A DNA stretch of 63,946 bases, counting the filler, from Collodictyon triciliatum (Eukaryota): NCBI GenBank assembly GCA_043381765.1. It is 7 parts of 7 records of this genome, joined end to end, with 100 filler letters (N's around TTAATTAATTAA, not from the genome) between each part and the next. Parts side by side here need not be neighbours in the genome. Positions count along the whole stretch, not along the records: positions 60,443 to 63,946 come from JBHJMP010002939.1; 6 more parts are not named here. One strand, written 5' to 3'. The notes beneath the pieces are model-generated. The model did no database searches. It worked only from the letters and a program-made list of their open reading frames with translations, and was not told where the DNA came from. The position numbers were made by a program, and so were the translations under genes. Positions 63,939 through 63,946 of the stretch are shown piece by piece (positions within the stretch are counted from its first letter, which is position 1; each line of letters starts with the position of its first letter).

Positions 63939-63946
63939 ACACACAC
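63853..63946. repeat. (AC)n microsatellite
   Basis: Direct reading; window end. Confidence 0.95.

Noticed and set aside
1-63946. Alternative genetic code or stop-codon readthrough
   Set aside because: Conserved genes splice to open frames under the standard code, and TAA, TAG and TGA all terminate genes.

Overview
Intron-rich nuclear DNA from a flagellated eukaryote (probably a protist), standard genetic code, short AT-rich GT-AG introns and dense microsatellites. The window is not one locus. Six identical 100-nt spacers (N44-TTAATTAATTAA-N44) divide it into pieces of 9997, 9988, 9970, 9964, 9964, 9959 and 3504 nt, i.e. size-sorted unplaced scaffolds, so gene neighbourhoods across spacers mean nothing. 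Hand-spliced genes: TTC25/ODAD4, a mu-homology-domain fragment, TSNAXIP1, a GPT2/SCT1-type acyltransferase, an LRR protein, a UAS-UBX protein, an SLC35B2/UTr2-type transporter, a secreted CBM18-CE4 deacetylase, the 3' half of exportin-7, a three-GAF phosphodiesterase, several unknown helical proteins and three intronless multipass-membrane genes (one frameshifted). The most notable signal is a non-LTR-retroelement-like family ending in GAATCGAATAAAGG-poly(A). It has five 5'-truncated copies within about 4.5 kb of one scaffold (14031-18569), four with target-site duplications. Two copies form a 149-bp inverted repeat and retain an ORF end resembling a PCNA PIP box. One copy places a stop codon and AATAAA inside a GC-AG intron of the LRR gene.
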